Origin: an uncultured Prevotellaceae bacterium
Lineage (GTDB): Bacteria; Bacteroidota; Bacteroidia; Bacteroidales; Bacteroidaceae
DNA: 64,000 bases
Assembly (NCBI GenBank): GCA_902762325.1
Contig: CACWNV010000020.1
Location: forward strand, 23,523-87,522
Direction of reading: 5' to 3'
Position 1 is the first letter of the stretch. Each line of letters begins with the position of its first letter. The notes beneath the pieces were generated by a model. The model ran no database searches. It was not told the origin of the DNA and worked only from the letters and a program-made list of their open reading frames with translations. This document shows, one piece after another, positions 7,873 to 17,130 of the stretch. The position numbers and the translations under genes are program-made.

Positions 7873-8520
7873 ATGAAGAAACAGAATGAATCCAAGACAA
7901 AGCGTGTGTTCAACCTGATTATCGTCGATGAAAGCGGCTCGATGTCTATCATCCGCAAGCAGGCTTTCACAGGTATGAACGAGACCCTACAGACCGTCCG
8001 TCTGATGCAGAAGAAGTTTACCGACCAGGAACAATACGTTACCCTCGTCACCTTTGACTCCGAGCACACCAAATGGCACTATGACAACACACCGGCAGCC
8101 CGCACTCATAACCTGGAATGGAAAGACTATAACCCGTGTGGCGGCACCCCTCTCTACGATGCAATGGGCAAAGCGATCTCGAAAATGAATGCGCTGATCA
8201 GCGATAACGATAATGTACTGGTTACCGTCATCACCGATGGCGAAGAAAACTGTAGTGAAGAATGGACGCTGAAGATGATCCGTAGGATGATTGAAAAGCT
8301 GAAGAAGCATCACTGGACCTTTACGCTTATCGGCACCGACAACCTCGATGTAGAGACGATGGCACATTCATTTGCCATCGAAGAACACATGGAGTTTCAT
8401 CAGGACGTGGAAGGAACAAAAGCGATGTTTGCCCGCGAGCGACGTTGCCGCGAACGCTACAACTGCTGTGTTGCCGAAGAGACGAGCATGCCTGTGGGCA
8501 AGTTCTTTGAAGAGAAATAG
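7873..8520 (+). CDS. Cytoplasmic von Willebrand factor A (vWA) domain protein with intact MIDAS
   Basis: 215 aa; no signal peptide; IIVDESGSM (DxSxS), GGTPLYDA, VITDGEEN. Confidence 0.75.
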   Translation: MKKQNESKTKRVFNLIIVDESGSMSIIRKQAFTGMNETLQTVRLMQKKFTDQEQYVTLVTFDSEHTKWHYDNTPAARTHNLEWKDYNPCGGTPLYDAMGKAISKMNALISDNDNVLVTVITDGEENCSEEWTLKMIRRMIEKLKKHHWTFTLIGTDNLDVETMAHSFAIEEHMEFHQDVEGTKAMFARERRCRERYNCCVAEETSMPVGKFFEEK

Positions 8521-8539
8521 CAGGACAAGTGGAGGCTTG

Positions 8540-8989
8540 TCACTCGCTCATTTCATCGTAGCTCTTGTCAAGTTCTATAGCCGTTATCTGACCGTCAATC
8601 ACTCTTAACTTCGTGATGCCACTGATTCCCATATCGAGATAGCTCACTTCATACCAGTGATCCTTTAACGGTTTGATTTCTGAAATCTCACTCTTTGGCA
8701 TAGGGCCGTCCTGTGCCGAAGTCCTGAAGAGCCAAACGGCATAGCAGTCATTGCTTTCACAGTCATATTCATAGGAGTCTTTCAGGAACTTCACCATCTC
8801 AGATGAGAAATGAGTATGAACATAGGCACTGTCGAGCAGCTGGTCTCCAAAGACATACTGCACATAGAGAGATCTCAGCAAATCCACATCGGATGTGTTT
8901 TGGGTTTGTCCTCCACATGAAACAAACACAGATGCACTCGTCAGAACGATCGACAGCAATAATGACATTATTGATTTTTTCATTATCAT
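8540..8989 (-). CDS. Hypothetical lipoprotein
   Basis: Signal peptide plus lipobox FVSC-GG; 149 aa; family not recognised. Confidence 0.6.
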   Translation of the reverse strand: MIMKKSIMSLLLSIVLTSASVFVSCGGQTQNTSDVDLLRSLYVQYVFGDQLLDSAYVHTHFSSEMVKFLKDSYEYDCESNDCYAVWLFRTSAQDGPMPKSEISEIKPLKDHWYEVSYLDMGISGITKLRVIDGQITAIELDKSYDEMSE

Positions 8990-9067
8990 CACAATTAAAA
9001 AGTTTTTAACCCAAGGGCTGGATTATTTGTATATAACCCAGCCCCTCACTATAATTCACAGATATGT

Positions 9068-10627
9068 TTACCCGACAATCCAACTGACAAGATAGATGAC
9101 TATTGGAATCGTAACACAGGCAATGCCAATGATATCGATTAAGACACCCGTCTTTATCATCTTCGTTATCGGAATATATCCACTTGCATAGACTATCGCG
9201 TTAGGTGGCGTTGACACTGGCAGCATGAAGCCGAGAGATGACGACAAGGCAATACCTACAGCGACAGGAATCGGATTGTATCCGGCAGAGAGTGCTGCAC
9301 CGATAGCCAACGGGCCAATCATATTGGTGGCAGCCGTATGCGACGTGAGTTCTGACAATAACAATGCCATGACACAGAACACAGCTACCAGAACGATCTG
9401 TGACGGGCTACCGCCGAGCATAGCTATAATCTGCTGACCAATCCAATCGGAAAGACCTGTGGAATACATCATTCCACCCATGGCAAGACCACCGCCAAAG
9501 AGCAGCAGTGTACCCCACTCTACACCCTGAACGGCATCCTTCCAGCGAAGCGTCATCTTCGACCAGCCTTTATCTACCGGCAGGAAGAACAACAGCAAAG
9601 CACCTATCATGGCAGCGATTGCCTCGGGGAAATACTTGTTGTATTCCTTCAGTATCTCACTGTCAGAGCCACATACCATACTGATAACACCTGGGGTAAC
9701 CCAAAGAATGACTGCGACGATAAATGCAATCAGGGTATTTTTCTCAGCAATGTTCCACTTACCTAATGCCAGACGCTTCTTCTCAATGAGGTCATGAGCA
9801 CCTTCAATATGGTCGACATCTGGTGGGAACATTCTTGAAAGGATGAAGTAAGTGATGATGAAATAGATGACCATCGCAACAAATCCCCAAATCATCCACT
9901 GGAAGAACGAGATGTGAATATTGGCGAGTTCATCGAGGAAACCCAACATTATAATATTAGGAGGAGTACCGATAGGAGTCAGCACACCACCTATAGAACA
10001 GGCGTATGCCGTCATCAGCATCAATCCCGTTGCATATTTGTAAGTCTTCAGGTTAATTACCTTGCCATGGTGGGCCATCATCTCACGAATAGCATCCAAC
10101 AGACCCAAAGCGATGGGGAACATCATTGCTGCAGTAGCCGTGTTGCTAATCCATCCCGAACAAAGCATACAGACAAAGCCAATGGCAAAGAAGATACGAC
10201 GAGGGCTGTCACCTACCCATTTCATCGACATAATGCTGTAGGCAATACGCTTGTCAAGGCCGTTTACCATCATCGCCTTGGCAATGATGAATCCACCCAT
10301 GAAGAGGAAGATCATGGGATTGGAGAACGCAGCAAAAGCATCCTTCATCTTTGTCACTCCAAGAATTACACAGAGTGTGGGACCAAATAACGAGGTAACG
10401 GGAATGGGTACAGGTTCTGTAATCCACCACAATGCCACAAGGGTCATAATTGCTAATAGTGTGTGTGCCTCTGGTGTTAAATCACTAATCGGGGTCATCC
10501 ATACTAGTAAAGCACAAATCGGACCAAAAATAGCTCCCGCGATACGACGTTTCCTATCGAAAGCCGTCTCGCGGTTCACAACTTCCAAGTCGACAGTTGA
10601 CGGCTTTTCACTTTTCGAATTATCCAT
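9068..10627 (-). CDS. SLC13/DASS family Na+-coupled anion (di/tricarboxylate or sulfate) symporter
   Basis: 519 aa polytopic protein; duplicated hairpin motifs (SNTATAAMM ... PVSTPPNAIVY) typical of DASS permeases. Confidence 0.85.
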   Translation of the reverse strand: MDNSKSEKPSTVDLEVVNRETAFDRKRRIAGAIFGPICALLVWMTPISDLTPEAHTLLAIMTLVALWWITEPVPIPVTSLFGPTLCVILGVTKMKDAFAAFSNPMIFLFMGGFIIAKAMMVNGLDKRIAYSIMSMKWVGDSPRRIFFAIGFVCMLCSGWISNTATAAMMFPIALGLLDAIREMMAHHGKVINLKTYKYATGLMLMTAYACSIGGVLTPIGTPPNIIMLGFLDELANIHISFFQWMIWGFVAMVIYFIITYFILSRMFPPDVDHIEGAHDLIEKKRLALGKWNIAEKNTLIAFIVAVILWVTPGVISMVCGSDSEILKEYNKYFPEAIAAMIGALLLFFLPVDKGWSKMTLRWKDAVQGVEWGTLLLFGGGLAMGGMMYSTGLSDWIGQQIIAMLGGSPSQIVLVAVFCVMALLLSELTSHTAATNMIGPLAIGAALSAGYNPIPVAVGIALSSSLGFMLPVSTPPNAIVYASGYIPITKMIKTGVLIDIIGIACVTIPIVIYLVSWIVG

Positions 10628-10719
10628 GTGAATATTGTTTAGGTAGTATATTCAATGATTTTATCCCACAAAATTAGAAAAAAATATTCTATTATTGCTA
10701 CAGAAAACGAAAAAAATTG

Positions 10720-10727
10720 TATATTTG
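10720..10727 (+). promoter_or_regulatory. -7 box TAtaTTTG upstream of the 10801 gene
   Basis: Exact TAnnTTTG match, flanked by direct repeats CTACAGAAAACGAAAA / CCACAGAAAACCAAAA. Confidence 0.35.
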
Positions 10728-10800
10728 CCACAGAAAACCAAAATTATTAACAGTTTCAACCAAGAATTCATTACGTAAAACGTCAAAACACCTTAAGATT

Positions 10801-11106
10801 ATGAGCACTATGAGCATGAGCCATATTACTGTGATGACAATTATCATACTTGCGCTGTGTTTCGCTATTGTCATTTTCAACTATCTACACAAAAAGCACA
10901 TTCGGTATAATGTAGATGATCTTAAAAAGACTATTGAGAAGATATTTGAAGATGCCGAAGCTACAACCATATCAAAAAAGCATTTCATCATCCGCATGAA
11001 AAACAAATACACCTGCTCAGGAAAGGATGCAATGTATCTGATAGGAAAGGCACGTGAGAATCATTTCATTTCCATTGAGAACGACCAAGTGAAACTTGAG
11101 AAATAA
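10801..11106 (+). CDS. Hypothetical N-terminally anchored membrane protein
   Basis: 101 aa from MSTMSMSHITVMTIIILALCFAIVIF; one TM helix then a charged soluble domain; no family recognised. Confidence 0.5.
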   Translation: MSTMSMSHITVMTIIILALCFAIVIFNYLHKKHIRYNVDDLKKTIEKIFEDAEATTISKKHFIIRMKNKYTCSGKDAMYLIGKARENHFISIENDQVKLEK

Positions 11107-11117
11107 GTCCTGACTTA

Positions 11118-12032
11118 TCAGAACTCGACATACGGCTTTAACTTCTCGATGGCCTGAGGAGGAAACTCCTTTAACAAGCTCAGGTCATCGAGACTTTTTA
11201 TGTGTCCACGAAGCCGTCTGTAGTCTACGATTGCCTTCGCCTGAAAGAAGCTGACGTATGGATGGCTCTTCAGGCGGTTCAGGGTAAACGTGTTGAGGTT
11301 GATCTTCTGTATCTCCGCCTCCCCCATCTTAAAATACGACAAGGCTTCATCGGGGAACCCATCTATCTCCATCAACTGACCGACACGTACATATCCTCCC
11401 AGTCTTTTTCCATATTCCACCACCCGACGGGCATAATAGCTCCCCACTCCCGGCACCTTTTTCAACATGTTCGTATCGTTGCAGTTCAGTTCCACCTGCT
11501 CGTTTTGTTTCAACTTCTCGGGGTATATAGCTTTTCTCATTGTATCACGAACAGCCTTTTCATGCTGCTTCTTCTCGAAAAGCGTTGAAGCGGGCTGATA
11601 GTCGGAAGATATACGAATGAAAGGTTCCAGCTCCCGATACTGTTTGACTGTCAGTCCATATAAGCGTGCAAAATCCTCTGGGGTACGGTAGATTCCTCCA
11701 CGAGCCCGATATTTATAGATATTACGCACCTGCCATGGCTTCAGTCCCAACCGGAGAAATTGCGTGCTATCAGCTGTATTAGGATCGAAAAGAAACCGTT
11801 CTGCCTGTTCGGCGTCCACCCGGTAATACTGCCTGGCTCCCATAGTCTCATGCTGGATTGGACTTTTCATTCCATTGGAAGAGGCAACGCTATCAGCTGG
11901 AACCGCAGATGTCTGAGTCTTTCCACTACCAATGCCATGAATCACGGCAGTAGAAATCACAGCAATCAACAACAAAACAATCAATACGGAGCGATCGGAC
12001 TTCTGAAAATAGAAGAACTCATTAATGTGCAT
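11118..12032 (-). CDS. ComEA-like helix-hairpin-helix DNA-binding protein
   Basis: N-terminal TM helix then repeated HhH units (LKKVPGVGSYYARRVVEY...; LKSHPYVSFFQAKAIVDYR...). Confidence 0.75.
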   Translation of the reverse strand: MHINEFFYFQKSDRSVLIVLLLIAVISTAVIHGIGSGKTQTSAVPADSVASSNGMKSPIQHETMGARQYYRVDAEQAERFLFDPNTADSTQFLRLGLKPWQVRNIYKYRARGGIYRTPEDFARLYGLTVKQYRELEPFIRISSDYQPASTLFEKKQHEKAVRDTMRKAIYPEKLKQNEQVELNCNDTNMLKKVPGVGSYYARRVVEYGKRLGGYVRVGQLMEIDGFPDEALSYFKMGEAEIQKINLNTFTLNRLKSHPYVSFFQAKAIVDYRRLRGHIKSLDDLSLLKEFPPQAIEKLKPYVEF

Positions 12033-12115
12033 AGTACTACGATTTTGGTTTAACGTCGCAAATATAAACAATTATCACGACATACCAAAACGTAAAACCG
12101 CTAACTTTTGATAAA

Positions 12116-13534
12116 TCAGATGATTCCGAACTGGTGAAGGAAAATGGCAGCGATTCCCACCGGGCAGACAAATCGCACGGTATAGAACCAGATGTTGAAG
12201 AATGTCCCTTTCAAGGTATCCCAGTTAGTGAACTCGTTCCATACAATCTTCTTCGGAACATACCAGCCAATGAAGATGCAGGTGAGGAAACCGCCAAGCG
12301 GCAACAGAATCTGTGCTGTCAGGTAGTCACAGAAGTTCAGGAACTCCATGCCAAAAAGCTTCAGTGAGTCTACTGCCCCCATAGAAAGAGAACAGATCAC
12401 GCCGATGACACAACAGACCACCGTCTCTATCCATGCTCCCTTCCCTCGCGAGATATGAAGTTCTTCGTAGAAGAATGCTGTCCCTATCTCATGCATGGAA
12501 ATCGTTGACGTGAGTGCTGCCAAGGCCAGCAATCCATAGAAGAGGATGCTGATGACATAACCCATGCCAGGCACCGCCGAGAAAGCTTGCTGGAACACAT
12601 TGGGTAATGTAATAAAGATAAGTGAAGGCCCAGAGTCGGGATTCACTCCGACAGAGAAGGCTGCCGGGAAAATCATCAGTCCTGCAAGGATAGCTATCAC
12701 TGAATCGAGTATTGCTATCTGTACTGCCGAACGGAGCAAGTTGGTCTGCCGGCTGAAATAACTGGCATAAGTGCACAGGCAGGCTGTCCCCAACGAAAGG
12801 GAAAAGAATGCCTGTCCAAGTGCTTCAAGCAGTACGCTGCCGTTCACCTTAGAGAAATCTGGATGGAAAAGGAACTCGATGCCTCGTCCTGCTCCTGGAA
12901 GCATACACGATGCAACGACTATGACGACAAGCAATAGAAGCAATGTGGGCATCAGCAGATTAGAAGCTCTCTCTATACCGTTACGTACTCCATTGGCAAC
13001 GACGAAATGCGTTATCAGGATAAATACGACGGTCCAAGCCAAAGGCTTAAAAGGATCTGAGGAAAAGGTGACAAAATAGTTTGTCACAAAGTCGCTGTTT
13101 CCTTGCAGTTCCCCCATCACCGAGGCAAAAAGATATTGCAGACACCAGCCAGCGACCACGGAATAAAAACCGAGGATAATCATGGAGGTGATCACTCCCA
13201 TATAACCGATCATTCTCGATAGACGATTCATGACCATAGCCAGTCCTCCTCGTATTGTTAAGGAGCCATTGACGTCGGCTTGGGCTTCTTCCGACAGACG
13301 GGAATATGCCCGTGCCGCATTAGCAGCAGAATGGCGGCCAATGATGAACTCGCTTAGCATTCCGGGGATTCCCAGCAACAGCACACAGGCAAAATAAATA
13401 ATGATGAAGGCAGCTCCACCGTTATGACCTGTCATATATGGGAAACGCCAGATGTTTCCTAAGCCGACAGCCGAACCTGCCGTGGCCAATACGACTCCCA
13501 TCTTTGTCCCGAAGTTTCCTCTTTCGCTGCTCAT
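12116..13534 (-). CDS. Sodium-dependent transporter, NSS (SNF) family
   Basis: 472 aa; LATAGSAVGLGNIWRFPY signature near the N-terminus; about 12 TM helices. Confidence 0.9.
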   Translation of the reverse strand: MSSERGNFGTKMGVVLATAGSAVGLGNIWRFPYMTGHNGGAAFIIIYFACVLLLGIPGMLSEFIIGRHSAANAARAYSRLSEEAQADVNGSLTIRGGLAMVMNRLSRMIGYMGVITSMIILGFYSVVAGWCLQYLFASVMGELQGNSDFVTNYFVTFSSDPFKPLAWTVVFILITHFVVANGVRNGIERASNLLMPTLLLLLVVIVVASCMLPGAGRGIEFLFHPDFSKVNGSVLLEALGQAFFSLSLGTACLCTYASYFSRQTNLLRSAVQIAILDSVIAILAGLMIFPAAFSVGVNPDSGPSLIFITLPNVFQQAFSAVPGMGYVISILFYGLLALAALTSTISMHEIGTAFFYEELHISRGKGAWIETVVCCVIGVICSLSMGAVDSLKLFGMEFLNFCDYLTAQILLPLGGFLTCIFIGWYVPKKIVWNEFTNWDTLKGTFFNIWFYTVRFVCPVGIAAIFLHQFGII

Positions 13535-13548
13535 AGTAATTTAGTGAA

Positions 13549-14907
13549 TCAGATTACATTGAACTGGTGGAGGAAAATCGCCAGGATTGCCACCGGACAA
13601 ACAAAGCGGATGAGGAAGAGATAGATACCGAAGAATGTTGCCCGCACGGTTCCCCAGTTCGTGAATTCATCGCGGACAATGTTCAAAGGAACAAACCATC
13701 CCACAAACAGACAGGTGAGGAATCCGCCGACGGGCAAGAAGATCTGGCCTGTTACAAAGTCGAAGACATCGAAAAGAGATTTCCCGCCGACAGACAACCC
13801 GTCGACAGCCCCTAATGAAAGGGAACAGAACATTCCGATGATGCAGGTGACAACCGTAACAATGAGTGCGCCCTTCTTTCGGGAGATATGCAGTTCTTCA
13901 AAGAAAAAGGCTGTGCTCACCTCGTGCAAAGAGATGAGAGAAGTAAGTGCCGCCAGGGACAGCAACAGGTAGAACATCAGCGAGATGACCCAGCCTATCA
14001 ACGGCATGCCAGCAAAAGCTGTATTAAACACATTGGGGAGCGTGATGAAGATGAGCGATGGTCCTGAATCAGGATTCACCCCCACCGAGAACGCAGCTGG
14101 GAAAATCATCAGGCCTGCCAGAATAGCCACGAATGAATCCACCAAGGATATCTGCACTGCCGAGTTCAGCAGATTGGTCTGCCGGCTGTAGTAGCTGGCA
14201 TAAGTGCAGATACACCCCATCGCAATCGAAAGAGAATAAAACGACTGTCCGAGAGCTCCAAGGAAGACATTCTTGTCCATTTTATCGAAATCGGGCTTGA
14301 AAAGGAATTCTATTCCCTTCTCTGCATTGGGAAGCAGACAGGAAGCAACCACGATGACAAGCAACAGGATGAACAGTGCCGGCATCAATAACTTGGAAGC
14401 CCTCTCTATCCCTCTTCGAACACCATTTATTATAATAAGGTGTGTGGTGACAAGGATGACAACGGTCCATAAGACTGGAAGAAAAGCAGAACTGGAAAAC
14501 TCCTGAAAGTATTGTGCCACGAAGGTGGAGTCGCCTTTGATTTCTCCCAAGACAGATGCACAGACATATTGCAGGCACCAGCCGGAGACGACGGCATAAT
14601 AACCTGTAATGAGAAAGCCTGTGAGAACGCCCATGTAGCCCACCCACTTCCATGGAGAACCTCCAGAGAGCTTTGTATAAGCCCGCGCTGTGTTACTTGC
14701 GCCATGCCGACCAATGATAAACTCACTGACCATGCACGGTATTCCCAACAACAGAATACACGCGAGATAAACCAATATGAAGGCAGCACCACCGTTCTGT
14801 CCAGTCATATAGGGGAAACGCCATACATTTCCTAATCCCACAGCGGATCCTGCCGTAGCTAAAATCACACCAAGTTTACTTCCAAAATTAGCTCTTTCTT
14901 CTGTCAT
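13549..14907 (-). CDS. Sodium-dependent transporter, NSS (SNF) family; tandem paralog
   Basis: 452 aa from MTEERANFGSKLG; LATAGSAVGLGNVWRFPY; collinear with the downstream paralog. Confidence 0.9.
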   Translation of the reverse strand: MTEERANFGSKLGVILATAGSAVGLGNVWRFPYMTGQNGGAAFILVYLACILLLGIPCMVSEFIIGRHGASNTARAYTKLSGGSPWKWVGYMGVLTGFLITGYYAVVSGWCLQYVCASVLGEIKGDSTFVAQYFQEFSSSAFLPVLWTVVILVTTHLIIINGVRRGIERASKLLMPALFILLLVIVVASCLLPNAEKGIEFLFKPDFDKMDKNVFLGALGQSFYSLSIAMGCICTYASYYSRQTNLLNSAVQISLVDSFVAILAGLMIFPAAFSVGVNPDSGPSLIFITLPNVFNTAFAGMPLIGWVISLMFYLLLSLAALTSLISLHEVSTAFFFEELHISRKKGALIVTVVTCIIGMFCSLSLGAVDGLSVGGKSLFDVFDFVTGQIFLPVGGFLTCLFVGWFVPLNIVRDEFTNWGTVRATFFGIYLFLIRFVCPVAILAIFLHQFNVI

Positions 14908-14982
14908 ATTGTGTAATTTATCCTCTTTCTGCTGCAAAATTATAAAAAATACTTTAATTTTGCAGCAAAAATATAAGTCAAC

Positions 14983-15378
14983 ATGAAGTATTTGCACGAT
15001 TTAGTTAAAAAACAACCCTTCACTTCCTGTCTCATCGTTATCATCTGGATACTTTGTCTGATGCCCATTCCCGAACAAGTTCCGTTAAAGGATGTTCCCA
15101 TGATGGACAAGTGGACTCATTTTGTGATGTACGGAACGCTTTGCCTGACTATCTGGATTGAGTATCTCAAAAGACATAAAAAAACGAACAAAAAGAGAAT
15201 CTTTCTGTTCGCTATTATTGCTCCAATTCTGATGAGTGGCATCATCGAACTGGCACAAGCCTATTGTACAGGAGGCCGAAGAAGTGGCGAGCTGCTCGAC
15301 TTCGCAGCCAATTCCATAGGGGTAGGTCTTGGAAATGCTATCGGTATTCTTCTGGGATGGTTCCGCGCCAAAGTATAA
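14983..15378 (+). CDS. VanZ-like family membrane protein
   Basis: 131 aa, 4 TM helices; DKWTHFVMYGTL ... GGRRSGELLDFAANSIGVGLG pattern of VanZ-like proteins. Confidence 0.7.
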   Translation: MKYLHDLVKKQPFTSCLIVIIWILCLMPIPEQVPLKDVPMMDKWTHFVMYGTLCLTIWIEYLKRHKKTNKKRIFLFAIIAPILMSGIIELAQAYCTGGRRSGELLDFAANSIGVGLGNAIGILLGWFRAKV

Positions 15379-15838
15379 AAGGAAAGCGCAACATGTGCTT
15401 ATTATAAAAGCGCGCGTCGCCCGTCACCTCTATACCGACAAAGTCGGGCTTCTCATAAGGTTCAAATTCATTGTTGAGTTCCACCTCCGCCATGACAAGA
15501 CCTTCATTGTCTCCATAGAATTCGTCTATCTCAAACACATGCTTTCCGCTTTTAACAAGATATCGACGTTTATCGATCATTCCCCCATGGCAGAGTTCAA
15601 ATAGATGGTTGGCTTCATCCATTGTTATTTCTTTCTCAAACTCGTAACGGGCAAGACCACCGTCTTTCGACTTGCCTTTGATGGTAAGAAACGCCTGATC
15701 ATCACGCGTCCGTATCCTCACCGTTGCATAGTCACATGGTATATAGCCTTGTTTAATATGACTACTTGAAAAGGCGGCGCGTTTATATGCGTCGCCTTTT
15801 TTTACCAAGAACTTTCTCTCAATTTCAAAGCCACTCAT
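15338..15838 (-). CDS. CYTH domain protein (CyaB-like / triphosphate tunnel metalloenzyme)
   Basis: 166 aa beginning FEIERKFLV (the ExExK CYTH signature). Confidence 0.85.
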   Translation of the reverse strand: MSGFEIERKFLVKKGDAYKRAAFSSSHIKQGYIPCDYATVRIRTRDDQAFLTIKGKSKDGGLARYEFEKEITMDEANHLFELCHGGMIDKRRYLVKSGKHVFEIDEFYGDNEGLVMAEVELNNEFEPYEKPDFVGIEVTGDARFYNKHMLRFPFILWRGTIPEEYR

Positions 15839-15839
15839 G

Positions 15840-15977
15840 TTATAACAGAATTGTCCAGATCATATAAATCAAAGCCGCCACAACGAGGACTCCGAAAATC
15901 CAGTTCACTACTTTTTTCCCTTGTTCTTCCTGTTTCTTGGCATAAGCTTCACGCTTAAGATTCTTCTTTTTACTCAT
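15840..15977 (-). CDS. Possible 45-aa membrane peptide between prfB and the CYTH gene
   Basis: Own translation: MSKKKNLKREAYAKKQEEQGKKVVNWIFGVLVVAALIYMIWTILL*. Basic N-terminus plus one TM helix. It fills the gap exactly (stop one base before the CYTH start). Below the ORF-track size cutoff. Confidence 0.45.
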   Translation of the reverse strand: MSKKKNLKREAYAKKQEEQGKKVVNWIFGVLVVAALIYMIWTILL

Positions 15978-16003
15978 AGGTATAATTATTTTTAGGTTTT
16001 ATT

Positions 16004-17125
16004 TTATTCTTCATCTGTTGTGGGGAACTCCATCAGATAGGCTTTGATGAAACCGTCTATCTTTCCGTCCATTACCCCATCGACATCAGCAGTCTGATAA
16101 TTTGTGCGATGGTCTTTCACACGTCGATCATCAAAGACATAGGAACGGATCTGACTGCCCCACTCTATCTTCTTCTTACCTGCCTCTATCTTGGCCTGTG
16201 CCTCCAGACGTTTCTTCATGGCACGGTCGTATAACTGTGACTTCAGCAGCAATAAGGCTTTTTCCTTGTTCTTAGGTTGGTCACGTGTCTCTGTGTTCTC
16301 GATGAGGATTTCCTCTTCCTCGCCGGTATCAGGATCCGTATACCAATAACGGAGTCGCACTCCCGACTCAACCTTATTCACGTTCTGCCCGCCTGCACCA
16401 CTACTGCGGAAGGTATCCCAGGAGAGCTTGGCTGGGTCGACATAGACTTCTATCGTGTCATCGACCAAAGGAGTTACGAAGACCGATGCAAAGGATGTCA
16501 TGCGCTTGCCCTGAGCATTGAAGGGAGACACACGCACCAGGCGATGGACACCATTCTCACTTTTAAGAAAGCCATAGGCATATTCACCGCCTTCTATCTC
16601 CATCGTCACACTTTTGATACCCGCCTCATCGCCATCTTGAAGGTTCGAAATCGTCACCTTATGTCCGTGAGCCTCTGCCCAACGCATATACATTCGCATG
16701 AGCATCTGCGCCCAGTCCTGACTCTCAGTACCTCCAGCGCCAGAATTGATTTTAAGCACACAGTCCATCGGATCTTCCTTCTGGCGAAGCATGTTTTTGA
16801 GTTCAAGATCTTCTATCAGACTTATAGCTCGCTGATAATCTGCATCCACCTCTTCTTCTGTCACCATTTCATCGTGAAAGAAATCAAAAGCCAGTTGCAA
16901 TTCATCAGCAGCCTGTCGTACCTCGTTATATCCTTTAATCCATTTTTCGATGTCCTTCACCTTCTTCATCTGAGCCTGTGCCCGCTTCACGTCTTCCCAG
17001 AAATCGGGCGCCTGCGTCCTCAACTGCTCTTCTTCGAACTCTACCATCTTCTGGTCGATATTCAAATAGCGATGCAGCGATTCGGCTCTGTCAAGTACAT
17101 CTTTGAGTTGATCCTGTGTTATCAT
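16004..17125 (-). CDS. prfB: Peptide chain release factor 2, encoded in a single frame
   Basis: 373 aa; SPF tripeptide (RVSPFNAQ) and GGQ (SGAGGQNVNK); N-terminus aligns with E. coli RF2 across the usual frameshift site. Confidence 0.93.
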   Translation of the reverse strand: MITQDQLKDVLDRAESLHRYLNIDQKMVEFEEEQLRTQAPDFWEDVKRAQAQMKKVKDIEKWIKGYNEVRQAADELQLAFDFFHDEMVTEEEVDADYQRAISLIEDLELKNMLRQKEDPMDCVLKINSGAGGTESQDWAQMLMRMYMRWAEAHGHKVTISNLQDGDEAGIKSVTMEIEGGEYAYGFLKSENGVHRLVRVSPFNAQGKRMTSFASVFVTPLVDDTIEVYVDPAKLSWDTFRSSGAGGQNVNKVESGVRLRYWYTDPDTGEEEEILIENTETRDQPKNKEKALLLLKSQLYDRAMKKRLEAQAKIEAGKKKIEWGSQIRSYVFDDRRVKDHRTNYQTADVDGVMDGKIDGFIKAYLMEFPTTDEE

Positions 17126-17130
17126 TTCAT

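Noticed and set aside
4458-9000. Intact integrative element (prophage or ICE) at tRNA-Pro
   Set aside because: No integrase, recombinase or mobilisation gene is present. I could not find a direct repeat of the tRNA-Pro 3' end (…GTCGCCTCATCCCGA) downstream. At most this is a decayed remnant, reported as such.
14983-14997. Upstream extension of the second NSS transporter (track ORF start 14997) overlapping the VanZ-like gene start
   Set aside because: The extension (MQILHVDLYFCCKIKVFF...) lacks similarity to the paralog N-terminus. The paralog alignment starts at MTEERANFGSKLG (14907).
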